Positions 54,494-64,000 of a stretch of DNA of 64,000 nt are shown here, piece by piece. Location: positions 12,713 to 76,712 of the forward strand of contig JACPCX010000176.1 of assembly GCA_016184305.1 (NCBI GenBank), read 5' to 3'. The stretch comes from Candidatus Rokuibacteriota bacterium. GTDB lineage: Bacteria > Methylomirabilota > Methylomirabilia > Rokubacteriales > CSP1-6. Under the pieces are notes generated by a model that saw only the letters and a program-made list of their open reading frames with translations, searched no databases and was not told the origin of the DNA. Both the position numbers and the translations under genes were made by a program. Positions within the stretch are counted from its first letter, which is position 1. Each line of letters starts with the position of its first letter.

Positions 54494-55318
54494 ATGGCTG
54501 ACTCCGCCGGCGCCCTTTTCGATTCCCTGCTCTCCGTCATGGCTCGCCTCAGGGGCGAGGGCGGCTGCCCGTGGGACCGCGAGCAGACGCGAGAGTCCCT
54601 CAAACCCTTCCTGATCGAGGAGGCCTACGAGGCCCTGGAGGCCATCGACGAGGGCTCCACCGACCACATCATGGAGGAGCTCGGCGACGTGCTCTTTCAG
54701 GTGGTGTTCCACTGCCAGGTGGCGAGCGAGCAGGGCGAGTTCGCGATGGCCGACCTGCTCGGGCGGCTTCGTGACAAGATGGTCCGCCGGCACCCGCACG
54801 TCTTCGGCGACGGCGCCGTGTCCAATGCCAAGGAGGCGCTCAGCCAGTGGGAGCGCATCAAGCGGGGGGAACGCGGGCCCGAGGGGGAGCCCCGCTCGGC
54901 CCTGGAGGGCGTCCCGCGCAGTCTCCCGGCGCTGCTCAGAGCCCAGCGGCTGCAGGTCAAGGCCGGACGGAGTGGCTTCGACTGGCCCGACTGGTCGGGC
55001 GCATGGGCCAAGGTGCGCGAGGAAGTGCTGGAGCTGGACCGCGCCGCCGCGCAGGGCAATGCCGGCCAGGTCCGCGAGGAGCTCGGCGACCTGCTCTTCT
55101 CCATCGTCAACGCGGCCCGGCTCCTCGACGTCGATGCCGAGGACTGCCTGAGACAGGCCGCCGAGAAGTTCACCCGTCGCTTCAGGGAGGTGGAGGCCGC
55201 GATGAGGGCCACGGGCCGCACGGTGGGCGAGGCGTCGCTACGGGAGCTCGACCAGGCCTGGGAGGGCGTGAAGTCCCGCGAGCCCGGACGCGAGACCGGT
55301 TCCGGGAGCGCGCCATGA
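54494..55318 (+). CDS. mazG: Nucleoside triphosphate pyrophosphohydrolase MazG
   Basis: GCPWDREQT, EEAYE, EELGDVLFQV, RRHPHVF, second EELGDLLF. Confidence 0.95.
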   Translation: MADSAGALFDSLLSVMARLRGEGGCPWDREQTRESLKPFLIEEAYEALEAIDEGSTDHIMEELGDVLFQVVFHCQVASEQGEFAMADLLGRLRDKMVRRHPHVFGDGAVSNAKEALSQWERIKRGERGPEGEPRSALEGVPRSLPALLRAQRLQVKAGRSGFDWPDWSGAWAKVREEVLELDRAAAQGNAGQVREELGDLLFSIVNAARLLDVDAEDCLRQAAEKFTRRFREVEAAMRATGRTVGEASLRELDQAWEGVKSREPGRETGSGSAP

Positions 55319-55851
55319 AGGTCAAGCTCGGGTCCACCACCCTCTCCGTGGCCCGCGGCGACATCACCGAGGCCGAGGTCGACGCTCTCGTCAATGCCGC
55401 CAACTCCCAGCTCTGGATGGGCGCCGGCGTCGCGGGAGCCATCAAGCGCAGGGGCGGCACGGTCATCGAGGAGGATGCGGTGAGACAGGGCCCCATCGAG
55501 GTGGGAGAGGCCGTGCTCACCGGGGCCGGCAACCTGGCGGCCACGCACGTCATCCATGCCGCCACCATGGGCAGCGATCTCAAGACGGACCCGGAAAAGA
55601 TCGCCGCGGCAACCCGGTCGAGTCTCACGATCGCCGAGAAACATCGGCTGTCCTCCATCGCCTTCCCGGCCCTCGGCAGCGGGGTCGGTGGGGTCCCGCC
55701 CGACAAGTCGGCCGAGGCCATGGTGACCGCCATCGTGGAGCACCTCAAGGGGGGCAAGTCGACGCTTCAGAAGATCCTGTTCGTCGTGTACCAGGACGAG
55801 GCCCTCAAGGCTTTTACCGATGTGCTGAAAAAGGCCGGTGGAGTACAATAA
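55315..55851 (+). CDS. Macro domain protein (ADP-ribose binding/hydrolase)
   Basis: GDIT...VDALVNAAN..L..GAGVAGAI, VIHA, SIAFPALGSG. Confidence 0.92.
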   Translation: MKVKLGSTTLSVARGDITEAEVDALVNAANSQLWMGAGVAGAIKRRGGTVIEEDAVRQGPIEVGEAVLTGAGNLAATHVIHAATMGSDLKTDPEKIAAATRSSLTIAEKHRLSSIAFPALGSGVGGVPPDKSAEAMVTAIVEHLKGGKSTLQKILFVVYQDEALKAFTDVLKKAGGVQ

Positions 55852-55884
55852 CCGGACCGGACCCCTCGAGCGGGCCCGGACGTG

Positions 55885-57621
55885 ATGGCGGAACCGAAAC
55901 TCGGACAACCGGTTAGCCGGCGTCTCGGGGACCTCCTGGTTCGCGAAGGTCTCATCAACCAGGAGCAGCTCCAGCGTGCCCTCGTCGAGCAAAAGGGCAA
56001 CAACGAGAAGCTCGGCTCGATCCTCATCCGCCACAGCGTCATCACCGAAGACCAGCTGGTCGCCTTCCTCTCGAAGCAGTACGGTATCCCCTCCATCACG
56101 CTCTCGCAGCTCGACATCGACGCCGACGTGCTCAAGCTCGTCCCGGCCCAGATCGCCAAGAAGTACGAGGTGCTCCCGATCAAGCGCACCGGCAATTCCC
56201 TGACGCTGGCCATGGCGGACCCGACCAACGTCTTCGCGGTGGACGACGTGGGGTTCATGACCAACCTCCAGGTCATCCCGGTCGTCGCCGCCCAGGGCGC
56301 CATCCGCAAGGCCCTCGACCGACTCTACGAGGCGCAGGGCTCGGGGATGGCCGAGGTCATCTCGGAGATGGAGGGGACAGCCGGCGACGTCGAGGTCGTC
56401 GAGGGCGACGAGGAATCGTGGGCGAAGGCCGACATCTTCGAGCTGAAGGAGTCGGCGGACGAGGCTCCGGTGGTGCGGCTGGTGAACATGATCCTGGTGG
56501 ACGCCATCCGGCGGGGGGCGTCGGACATCCACCTCGAGCCGTACGAGAAGGTCTTCCGTGTCCGCTTCCGCGTGGACGGCGTGCTCCACGAGATCATGAC
56601 CCCGCCCAAGCGCCTGGAGACGGCGCTCACCTCCCGCGTCAAGATCATGTCGACCATGGACATCGCCGAGCGGCGGCTCCCCCAGGACGGACGCATCAAG
56701 CTGCGCTACAACCAGCGCGAGATCGACTTCCGCGTCTCCACGCTCCCCACGATCTTCGGCGAGAAGACCGTCCTGCGCATCCTGGACAAGGAGTCGCTCC
56801 AGCTGGACCTGACCATGCTCGGCTTCGACGCGTGGAGCCTCGAGCAGTTCAACAAGGCGATCCACCAGCCGTACGGGATGATCCTCATCACGGGGCCCAC
56901 CGGCTCGGGCAAGACCACCACCCTCTACTCGGCCATCCACACGATCAACTCTCCCGACGTCAACATCATGACGGCCGAGGACCCGGTGGAGTACAACCTC
57001 AAGGGCGTCAACCAGGTTCAGATCAACGAGGGGATCGGGCGGACGTTCGGCGCCGCGCTGCGCTCCTTCCTGCGCCAGGACCCCGACGTGATCCTCGTCG
57101 GCGAGACGCGCGACCTGGAGACGGCCCAGATCGGCATCCGCGCGGCCCTCACGGGTCACCTCGTTCTCAGCACGCTGCACACCAACGACTGCCCCGGCAC
57201 CGTTGCCCGGCTCCTCGACATGGGGATTCCGCCCTTCCTCGTCTCCTCGGCGCTGACGCTGATCCTGGCTCAGCGCCTCGGGCGCAAGATCTGCAAGGAC
57301 TGCAAGCAGCCGTACGAGGCGGACGAGGAGAGCCTGGTGCCCTACGGCCACGTGCCCCAGGGGCTCGGCAAGGTGCAGTTCTACAAGGGCAAGGGCTGTC
57401 ACACGTGCAGCTTCACGGGCATGAAGGGGCGCGTGGCCGTCTACGAGGTCATGCCGATCGGCGACGAGCTCCGGGAGCTGATCCTGCGAAACGCGCCCAC
57501 CGCGGAGATCCTCCAGCTGGCCCTGACGCAGGGCATGAAGACGCTCCGGCAGAACGCCCTGCAGAAGGTGATCGACGGGGTGACCACCCTGGAGGAAGTG
57601 CTCCGGGTGACGCTGGGATGA
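55885..57621 (+). CDS. pilB: Type IV pilus assembly ATPase
   Basis: RLGDLLV..GLI...QL..AL..Q (MshEN-like), ASDIHLEP, GPTGSGKTTT, LRQDPDVI, tetracysteine motif. Confidence 0.95.
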   Translation: MAEPKLGQPVSRRLGDLLVREGLINQEQLQRALVEQKGNNEKLGSILIRHSVITEDQLVAFLSKQYGIPSITLSQLDIDADVLKLVPAQIAKKYEVLPIKRTGNSLTLAMADPTNVFAVDDVGFMTNLQVIPVVAAQGAIRKALDRLYEAQGSGMAEVISEMEGTAGDVEVVEGDEESWAKADIFELKESADEAPVVRLVNMILVDAIRRGASDIHLEPYEKVFRVRFRVDGVLHEIMTPPKRLETALTSRVKIMSTMDIAERRLPQDGRIKLRYNQREIDFRVSTLPTIFGEKTVLRILDKESLQLDLTMLGFDAWSLEQFNKAIHQPYGMILITGPTGSGKTTTLYSAIHTINSPDVNIMTAEDPVEYNLKGVNQVQINEGIGRTFGAALRSFLRQDPDVILVGETRDLETAQIGIRAALTGHLVLSTLHTNDCPGTVARLLDMGIPPFLVSSALTLILAQRLGRKICKDCKQPYEADEESLVPYGHVPQGLGKVQFYKGKGCHTCSFTGMKGRVAVYEVMPIGDELRELILRNAPTAEILQLALTQGMKTLRQNALQKVIDGVTTLEEVLRVTLG

Positions 57622-57657
57622 TGCCGCCCGAGCCCACGCCGGACACGAGGTAACCCA

Positions 57658-58785
57658 ATGGCCGCGACAATGCACGATCTGCTCACCATCCTGATCGAGC
57701 GGGGCGCGTCGGATCTGCATATCACGACCGGCACCTACCCGCAGATCCGCCTGCACGGCAAGCTCACCTCGCTCAACCAGTTCGAGGTGCTGATGCCGCA
57801 GGACACCCAGCGGCTGGCCTACAGCGTCCTCAACGAGGGACAGAAGCAGAAGTTCGAGGAGGAGAACGAGCTGGATCTCTCCTTCGGAATCCAGGGGCTG
57901 GCGCGCTTCCGGTGCAACGTCTACCGGCAGCGCGGCGCCGTCGCGGCGGCCCTCCGCGTCATCCCCTTCAAGATCCGGACGTTCTCGGATCTCGCGCTGC
58001 CGCCCATCGTCGAGCAGCTGTCGGATCGGCCCAAGGGCCTGATCCTGGTCACGGGCCCCACGGGCTCGGGCAAATCCACGACCCTCGCCGCCATGGTGGA
58101 CAAGATCAACTCCGAGCGCAGCGAGCACATCATGACCATCGAGGACCCCATCGAGTTCGTCCACCAGCACAAGAAGTGCCTGGTGAACCAGCGCGAGGTG
58201 TTCTCGGACACCCAGTCGTTCAAGAACGCGCTGAAATCCATCCTGCGCCAGGACCCGGACGTCGTGCTCGTCGGCGAGATGCGCGACCTCGAGACCATCG
58301 CCGCCGCCCTCACCATCGCCGAGACGGGCCACCTGACGCTGGGCACCCTGCACACCAACTCCTGCGCCCAGACCATGAACCGCATCATCGACGTCTTCCC
58401 CACGAGCCAGCAGGGTCAGGTCCGCGCCCAGCTCTCCCTGGTGCTGGAGGGGGTGCTCTCCCAGCAGCTCATCCCCACGGCCGACGGGCGCGGCCGCGCC
58501 ATGGCGCTCGAGATCATGGTCACCACCCCCGCCGTCCGCAACCTGATCCGGGAGGAGAAGATCCATCAGATCTACTCGGCCATGCAGGCGGGACAGAAGT
58601 TCGGCATGCAGACGATGAACCAGTCCCTCGCGGAGCTCGTGCAGAAACGGCGCATCACCCGGGAAGAGGCGCTGAACCGGAGCACGATGCCCGAGGAGCT
58701 GGATCAGTTCTTGAAGAGCAGCGGCATGACCGCGCCGGCGGCCGCGGCGGGGGGCGGAAGCGGCTCCCCCTTCGGCCGGCGCTGA
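57658..58785 (+). CDS. pilT: Type IV pilus retraction ATPase
   Basis: ASDLHI, GPTGSGKSTTLAAM, TIEDPIEF, AVRNLIRE, GMQTM. Confidence 0.96.
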   Translation: MAATMHDLLTILIERGASDLHITTGTYPQIRLHGKLTSLNQFEVLMPQDTQRLAYSVLNEGQKQKFEEENELDLSFGIQGLARFRCNVYRQRGAVAAALRVIPFKIRTFSDLALPPIVEQLSDRPKGLILVTGPTGSGKSTTLAAMVDKINSERSEHIMTIEDPIEFVHQHKKCLVNQREVFSDTQSFKNALKSILRQDPDVVLVGEMRDLETIAAALTIAETGHLTLGTLHTNSCAQTMNRIIDVFPTSQQGQVRAQLSLVLEGVLSQQLIPTADGRGRAMALEIMVTTPAVRNLIREEKIHQIYSAMQAGQKFGMQTMNQSLAELVQKRRITREEALNRSTMPEELDQFLKSSGMTAPAAAAGGGSGSPFGRR

Positions 58786-58797
58786 GGAGAAGACCAC

Positions 58798-59997
58798 ATG
58801 CCGGTATTCAGCTACCGGGGACGCGGGGCCAGCGGGCTCACCACCGGCGAGGTCGAAGCCCCGGACCGGATGGCCGCCGTGGGCGAGCTCAGGAATCGCG
58901 CCATCCTGGTGACCAAGATCGAGGAGAAGGCGGGCGGCAAGACGGTCGTCAAGCTGGGGGGCAAGGTCAACGACCGGGAGATGGCCATCTTCACCCGGCA
59001 GTTCTCCACCATGATCGACGCCGGGCTGCCTCTGGTGCAGTGCCTGAACATCCTGGCCGACCAGAGCGAGTCCAAGACCCTGCGGGCCGTGACCGCCAAC
59101 GTGGCCCGACAGGTGGAGGCCGGCGCCACCCTGGCCGAGTCACTGCGGCGCCACCCCCGGATCTTCGACGACCTCTTCACCAACCTGGTCCAGGTGGGCG
59201 AGGCGGGCGGGATCCTCGACGTGGTGCTCCAGCGCCTCTCCGTCTACATCGAGAAGGCCGCCGCCCTGAAGCGGAAGGTCAAGGCGGCCATGGTGTATCC
59301 CTCCACGATCATCGGCGTGGCATTCCTGATCGTCATCTTCATGCTGACCTTCGTGATCCCGACCTTCGCCACCATGTTCAAGAACCTCGGGGCGGACCTG
59401 CCGCTGCCCACGCAGATCGTCCTCTGGATGTCGGACTTCGTGCGCGGGTACATCATCTTCATCATCCTCGGGGTGATGGGCGCGGTGTACCTGCTGCGGC
59501 GGTACTACAGGACCGAGAACGGCAAGTCGACGATCGACGCGCTCCTGCTCAAGCTGCCGGTCTTTGGCACGCTGATCCGGAAGGTGGCGGTTGCGCGCTT
59601 CACGCGCACCTTCGGCACCCTCGTCTCCTCGGGCGTGCCCATCCTCGAGGGGCTGCGTATCACCGCCCGGACCGCCGGGAACAAGGTGGTGGAGAAGGCG
59701 GTGATGCAGTGCCGCGCCGCGGTGACCGCCGGGAAGACCCTGGCCGAGCCACTCAAGGCTTCCGGCGTCTTCCCGCCCATGGTGACGCAGATGATCGCCG
59801 TGGGAGAGCAGACCGGCGCGCTGGACGCGATGCTGAACAAGATCGCCGATTTCTACGATGACGAGGTGGACACGGCGGTCGGCGCCCTGACAGCCCTCCT
59901 GGAGCCGCTCATGATCGTCATCCTGGGTGTGATCATCGGCGGCCTGGTCGTGGCGATGTACTTGCCGATCTTCCGCCTGGTCACGCTGATCAAGTAG
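58798..59997 (+). CDS. pilC: Type IV pilus platform protein
   Basis: FTRQFSTMIDAGLPL, GEAGG.LD, AMVYP, GEQTGALD, LEP..IV, AMYLPIF. Confidence 0.95.
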   Translation: MPVFSYRGRGASGLTTGEVEAPDRMAAVGELRNRAILVTKIEEKAGGKTVVKLGGKVNDREMAIFTRQFSTMIDAGLPLVQCLNILADQSESKTLRAVTANVARQVEAGATLAESLRRHPRIFDDLFTNLVQVGEAGGILDVVLQRLSVYIEKAAALKRKVKAAMVYPSTIIGVAFLIVIFMLTFVIPTFATMFKNLGADLPLPTQIVLWMSDFVRGYIIFIILGVMGAVYLLRRYYRTENGKSTIDALLLKLPVFGTLIRKVAVARFTRTFGTLVSSGVPILEGLRITARTAGNKVVEKAVMQCRAAVTAGKTLAEPLKASGVFPPMVTQMIAVGEQTGALDAMLNKIADFYDDEVDTAVGALTALLEPLMIVILGVIIGGLVVAMYLPIFRLVTLIK

Positions 59998-60007
59998 CGC
60001 CGGCGCC

Positions 60008-61654
60008 GTGGCTCCGCCAGCAAGGCTGCTCCGGCCTTCCCTCCAGGGGCTCGGCTGGGTGCGGCTCGCGATGGCCGTGCTGGTGCTCGGAGCGGGGATC
60101 GCGCTCCGCTACGCCGACGCCCTGCCGTTCCACTTCCCGCTCTTCCTGCTGGCCGCGGGAGGGAGTGCGCTCACCTCCCTGCCGTTGCTCCTGGGGCCGC
60201 TCCGGGTCCCCGATCCCCGTCGCTTCGCGTGGCTCCAGCTCTCGCTCGACGTGGTCCTGGTGACCGCCATCGTGGCCACCAGTGGCGGCCCCCGTTCCCT
60301 GTTCACCTTCATCTACGTGCTGGTCGTCATGGAGGGATGTTTCCTCCTCTCGCGGGTGGGGGGCATGGTCGTGGCAGGCCTGTCGAGCCTCCTCTACATC
60401 GGCCTCGTGGTCGGCAGAACGATCCTGCCTCTGTTCGACCTCATGGAGCCCACGGAGACCACGGCGCTGGAAGTCCTCACGGTCTTCATGAACGCGGGTG
60501 TCCTGATGATCAGCGCCATCGTCGCCGGGTCGCTCGCCGAGCGGTATCGCCTGGTCCAGCGGGATCTGGAAGCCCAGCAGCGCCATCTCTCGGACGTCCA
60601 GGCGTTCCGCGACCAGATCTTCCAGTCCGTGGGGACGGGCCTCATCGCCGTCAACTCCGATCATCGCATCACGGCCTTCAACCGGGCCGCCGAGGCCATC
60701 ACGGGCGTCGAAGCGGTGCAGGCGCTCGGCCAGCCGTGGGAGTCCGTCTTCGGCCGTGCGGTGGACCTGGAGACGGTTCGGGCCGCCGTGGCGGACGCGG
60801 ACGGCCGGTCGCAGCGGCACGAGATCCAGCTCCGCCGGCGCGACGGGCGCGCCGTCCCGGTGGGCATCTCCTTCTGGCTCCTCAAGTCCGGCGAAGGCAG
60901 CGCGGTGGGGCTCATCGGCGTGTGCCAGGACCTCTCCTCCATCAAGCAGATGGAGGACCGGGTGCGCCAGGCCGACCGGCTCGCCACGGTGGGGCGGCTG
61001 TCGGCGAACCTCGCCCACGAGATCCGCAACCCGCTGGCCTCGGTGTCGGGAGCCATCGAGGTGCTGGCCCGCGAGCTCCCGCCGGACACGACGCGCAACC
61101 GGCTCGTGGACATCGTGCTGCGCGAGTCGGAGCGCCTCAACCGGCTCATCTCCGAATTCCTCGAGTACGCGCGGCCGGCGCCGCTCACCCTCCTCGACGT
61201 CGACGTGACGCGGGTGCTCGACGAGGTGCTCGTGCTGCTCCAGCACCGGCCCGTCCCTGCGGAGCTCACGGTGATCCGCGAGTTCGGCGACAGCCTCTGG
61301 ACCCGGGCCGATCCGCAGCAGCTCCGCCAGGCCATCTGGAACCTGTGCATCAACGCCGTCCAGTCCATGCCCCAGGGCGGCGAGCTGCGGGTCGGGGGCC
61401 GGCGGCAGCCGAGTGCCCGCGGCGCGCCGGAGCTGTCCCTCTGGGTGGCCGACAGCGGCCGCGGGATCTCCGAGACCGACCTGCCCCACATCTTCGAGCC
61501 CTTCTACTCGACGAAGACCCAGGGCAGCGGTCTCGGGCTGGCGCTGGTCTATCGCATCGTGCAGGACCACGGCGGCAGCATCGACGTGCGCAGCTGGCCG
61601 GGGACCGGCACGACCTTCACGCTGAGCCTGCCGGCCGTCGAGGGGCGGGGGTAG
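60008..61654 (+). CDS. pilS: PilS-like sensor histidine kinase
   Basis: Several N-terminal TM helices with TSGGPRS.F.F.Y, PAS, AHEIRNPL, DSGRGI, GSGLGL; position pilC-pilS-pilR-pilin. Confidence 0.85.
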   Translation: MAPPARLLRPSLQGLGWVRLAMAVLVLGAGIALRYADALPFHFPLFLLAAGGSALTSLPLLLGPLRVPDPRRFAWLQLSLDVVLVTAIVATSGGPRSLFTFIYVLVVMEGCFLLSRVGGMVVAGLSSLLYIGLVVGRTILPLFDLMEPTETTALEVLTVFMNAGVLMISAIVAGSLAERYRLVQRDLEAQQRHLSDVQAFRDQIFQSVGTGLIAVNSDHRITAFNRAAEAITGVEAVQALGQPWESVFGRAVDLETVRAAVADADGRSQRHEIQLRRRDGRAVPVGISFWLLKSGEGSAVGLIGVCQDLSSIKQMEDRVRQADRLATVGRLSANLAHEIRNPLASVSGAIEVLARELPPDTTRNRLVDIVLRESERLNRLISEFLEYARPAPLTLLDVDVTRVLDEVLVLLQHRPVPAELTVIREFGDSLWTRADPQQLRQAIWNLCINAVQSMPQGGELRVGGRRQPSARGAPELSLWVADSGRGISETDLPHIFEPFYSTKTQGSGLGLALVYRIVQDHGGSIDVRSWPGTGTTFTLSLPAVEGRG

Positions 61655-61754
61655 GGGAAGCGCGGGCGGGGCGGGCCGCCGTGCTAGTGTAGTGCCGCAG
61701 CCGGAGCGCGACCGCGGGGAGACCCCGCCGCCGCCCCGGACCGAGGACGATCCC

Positions 61755-63149
61755 ATGACCGAACCGCGAGTGCTGGTGGTGGACGACGAGAAGAGCATGC
61801 GTGAGCTCCTCGCCATCACCCTGGAGCGGCAGGGCTACGAGGTCAGCGTCGCCGAGGACGGTGAGGTCGCCATCCAGGCCGTGCGGCGCGATGGGTTCGA
61901 CGTCATCATCACCGACCTGCGCATGCCCAACGCCGATGGACTCCAGGTCCTCCGGGCCGCGAAGGAGCACACCCCCGAGACCGTCGTGATCGTGATCACG
62001 GCCGTCGGCTCGACGGAGACCGCTGTCGAGGCCATGAAGCTCGGAGCCTACGACTACATCACGAAGCCGTTCAAGCTCGACGAGATCCACGTGATCATCC
62101 GGCGGGCGCTGGAGCGCAAGCGCCTCCGCGACGAGAACCTCTACCTCCGCAAGCAGCTCGAGACCCAGCACCGCTTCGACAACATCGTCGGCAAGAGCGC
62201 CCGCATGGCGGAGATCTTCGACACCATCCGCAAGATCGCCGACAGCCCCTCGACCGTCATGGTGTCGGGCGAGAGCGGCACGGGCAAGGAGCTGGTGGCG
62301 CGGGCCATCCACTTCAACAGCCAGCGCCGCAGCAAGCCGTTCGTCTCCGTGAACTGCGGCGCGATCCCCGAGGCCCTCATGGAGTCGGAGCTGTTTGGTC
62401 ACGTCAAGGGGGCCTTCACCGGCGCCGTCGCCAACAAGGTGGGGCTCTTCTCCGCGGCCGAGGCCGGCACGCTCTTCCTGGACGAGATCACCGAGATCCC
62501 GACCCTGCTGCAGGTGAAGCTCCTGCGGGCGATCCAGGAGCGCGAGGTCCGGCGCGTCGGGGATACCCGAGACCTCAGGGTGGACGTGCGCCTCATCGCC
62601 GCCTCGAACCGCGAGCTGGAGCAGGCCGTGAGCGAGGGCGTGCTCCGGGAGGACCTCTTCTACCGGCTGAACGTCATCCCGATCCACCTCCCGCCGCTGC
62701 GCGAGCGGCGCGAGGACATCGCGCTTCTGGTCGCTCACTTCCTCCAGAAGTTCGGGCGCCAGCTGAACAAGGACGTCCGCGGCGTGACGCCCGAGGCCCT
62801 GGCCATCCTGGAGCGGTATCACTGGCCGGGCAATATCCGGGAGCTCGAGAACGTGCTCGAGCGGGCCATCGTGCTCGGCGGCGGTGAGGTGCTCGGCGCC
62901 GACGCCCTGCCCGAGTCGGTAAGGCGGGAGCGCCCGATGAAAGCGCTCGAGGTGGACCTGCCCGAGGACGGCATGGACCTCGAGGCGACGCTCGATGCCC
63001 TCGAGGGCCGCTACCTCCAGCGGGCCCTGGATCGGAGCGGGGGCGTCCAGACCAAGGCTGCCGAGCTGCTCCGGATGACTTTCCGCCAGTTCCGCTACAA
63101 GCTCCAGAAACACAATATGGCCCGGCGGGGGACAGCCGTCGAGGAGTGA
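61755..63149 (+). CDS. pilR: PilR-like sigma54-dependent response regulator
   Basis: Receiver, GESGTGKE, GAFTGA, HTH AAELLRMTFRQFRYKL. Confidence 0.88.
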   Translation: MTEPRVLVVDDEKSMRELLAITLERQGYEVSVAEDGEVAIQAVRRDGFDVIITDLRMPNADGLQVLRAAKEHTPETVVIVITAVGSTETAVEAMKLGAYDYITKPFKLDEIHVIIRRALERKRLRDENLYLRKQLETQHRFDNIVGKSARMAEIFDTIRKIADSPSTVMVSGESGTGKELVARAIHFNSQRRSKPFVSVNCGAIPEALMESELFGHVKGAFTGAVANKVGLFSAAEAGTLFLDEITEIPTLLQVKLLRAIQEREVRRVGDTRDLRVDVRLIAASNRELEQAVSEGVLREDLFYRLNVIPIHLPPLRERREDIALLVAHFLQKFGRQLNKDVRGVTPEALAILERYHWPGNIRELENVLERAIVLGGGEVLGADALPESVRRERPMKALEVDLPEDGMDLEATLDALEGRYLQRALDRSGGVQTKAAELLRMTFRQFRYKLQKHNMARRGTAVEE

Positions 63150-63334
63150 CATTCTTCGGCTCCCGGGTTACAGGTCACGTCACCCGGGAACTCGGTTTCC
63201 CTGTGTCCCTCCGGATTCCCACTCCACGAAGGAGTGCTTGAAACTCCGAAGCTTGCTCCCCACGACACGCTCGTCAAGCTTGGGAAATTCGGCACGACTG
63301 TCAGCAGACGGACGCTTCTTGGCCTGCCGCCGCG

Positions 63335-63350
63335 TGGCACTTTCCCTGCA
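63335..63350 (+). promoter_or_regulatory. sigma54 (-24/-12) promoter of the pilin gene
   Basis: TGGCAC-TTTCC-CTGCA, GG to GC spacing 12; between pilR and pilin. Confidence 0.8.
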
Positions 63351-63425
63351 TCGTTCATGGTCAGCCGGCCTCCATTCTCGGGTGCTCGGGTCGGCCCAAA
63401 TACAAAAAAGGGGGTCCACAAGACC

Positions 63426-63634
63426 ATGTTCAGCTTCTGGCACAAGAAACGGAAAGCCCTTGGGGGGCAGCGCGGCTTCACGCTCATCGAGCTCATGATC
63501 GTCGTCGCCATCATCGGCATTCTCGCCGCCATCGCCATCCCGCTCTACGCCAATATCCAGGCGCGGGCGCGAATCGCCAAGGCCCAGGCCGATGCCCGCA
63601 CCCTCGCCTCCGCCGTGAGCTCAGCTTGCCGTAA
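63426..63634 (+). pseudogene. pilA: Type IVa pilin copy 1, apparently internally deleted and frameshifted
   Basis: [27 protein letters not shown]...ASAVS then non-pilin-like read-through to 63866; out-of-frame AGC TTG CCG TAA (63623-63634) followed by a hairpin. Confidence 0.65.
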
Positions 63635-63651
63635 CGGAAGTCCGATGGCGT

Positions 63652-63694
63652 GGCCCGGGCGGGGAGAGGGCCCGTGTCCTCCCTCGCCCGGGTC
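63652..63694 (+). terminator. GC-rich hairpin after pilin copy 1
   Basis: CCCGGGCGGGGA ... TCCCTCGCCCGGG; no U-tract, so it may be a stabiliser rather than a terminator. Confidence 0.45.
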
Positions 63695-63859
63695 CCCAGC
63701 GTCCGCACGTGGTAGCCGAGTTCGGAGGTCGTCGATGATGTTCTTCAATGCGTGTCGTTCGAAGCTCCCGGTGAATGGGATCTCGTCGACTGCCGTGCCG
63801 GACGTTTCTCCTACACGTACTCCCGGTCTTTCACCTCACACCACAGGGAGACTCCAACC

Positions 63860-64000
63860 ATGCTGAGCTTCTGGCACAAGAGACGGAAAGCCCTTGGGGG
63901 GCAGCGCGGCTTCACCCTCATCGAGCTCATGATCGTCGTCGCCATCATCGGCATCCTCGCCGCCATCGCCATCCCGCTCTACGCCAATATCCAGGCGCGG
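63860..64000 (+). CDS. pilA: Type IVa pilin copy 2 (runs off the window end)
   Basis: [56 protein letters not shown]; 5 differences in 141 nt from copy 1. Confidence 0.9.
   Translation, partial: MLSFWHKRRKALGGQRGFTLIELMIVVAIIGILAAIAIPLYANIQAR

Noticed and set aside
63146..63303. TGTC/GACA motifs as PilR enhancer sites
   Set aside because: Plausible by position, but the motifs are too short to support specific coordinates
63426..64000. Short pilin as a conductive e-pilin
   Set aside because: Only F1 and Y24 are aromatic in the visible mature region, and the shortness of copy 1 looks like a deletion

Overview
A very GC-rich bacterial chromosomal window made mostly of housekeeping genes. Gene order and repeat style suggest a Candidatus Rokubacteria/Methylomirabilota-like or deltaproteobacteria-like organism; this is an unverified inference. 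In order: ntrY-ntrX, a CPA2/Kef antiporter, a PyrR-attenuated pyrimidine operon (pyrR-B-C-carA-[2 small genes]-carB-pyrF-pyrE plus a degenerate hpt), an ABC transporter with a frameshifted permease, yicC-gmk-rpoZ-coaBC-udg-priA-def-fmt-rsmB-rpe-ffh-rpsP-rimM-trmD-rplS-rnhB-yraN, an ~11.6 kb accessory block (DapA-like lyase, RHH/PemK toxin-antitoxin, type I hsdM-hsdS with no hsdR, DinB, aminotransferase, Liv-type ABC), comM, dnaK-dnaJ-hspR-lon on the minus strand, mazG-macrodomain, and a pilB-pilT-pilC-pilS-pilR-pilin locus. The most unusual signals are: (1) several sequence-distinct intergenic repeats sharing one fold (hairpins with periodic tandem GA/GA mismatches), inserted at operon junctions and carrying mini-ORFs or in-frame starts that appear to preserve translational coupling; (2) tandem near-identical pilin genes, of which the sigma54-driven first copy appears to have lost its variable domain; (3) several proteins with altered catalytic motifs (Hpt, PriA, DnaJ with SPD instead of HPD, a MazF-like toxin). 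No rRNA, tRNA, CRISPR array or transposase was recognised. All calls come from reading the sequence; no searches were run.
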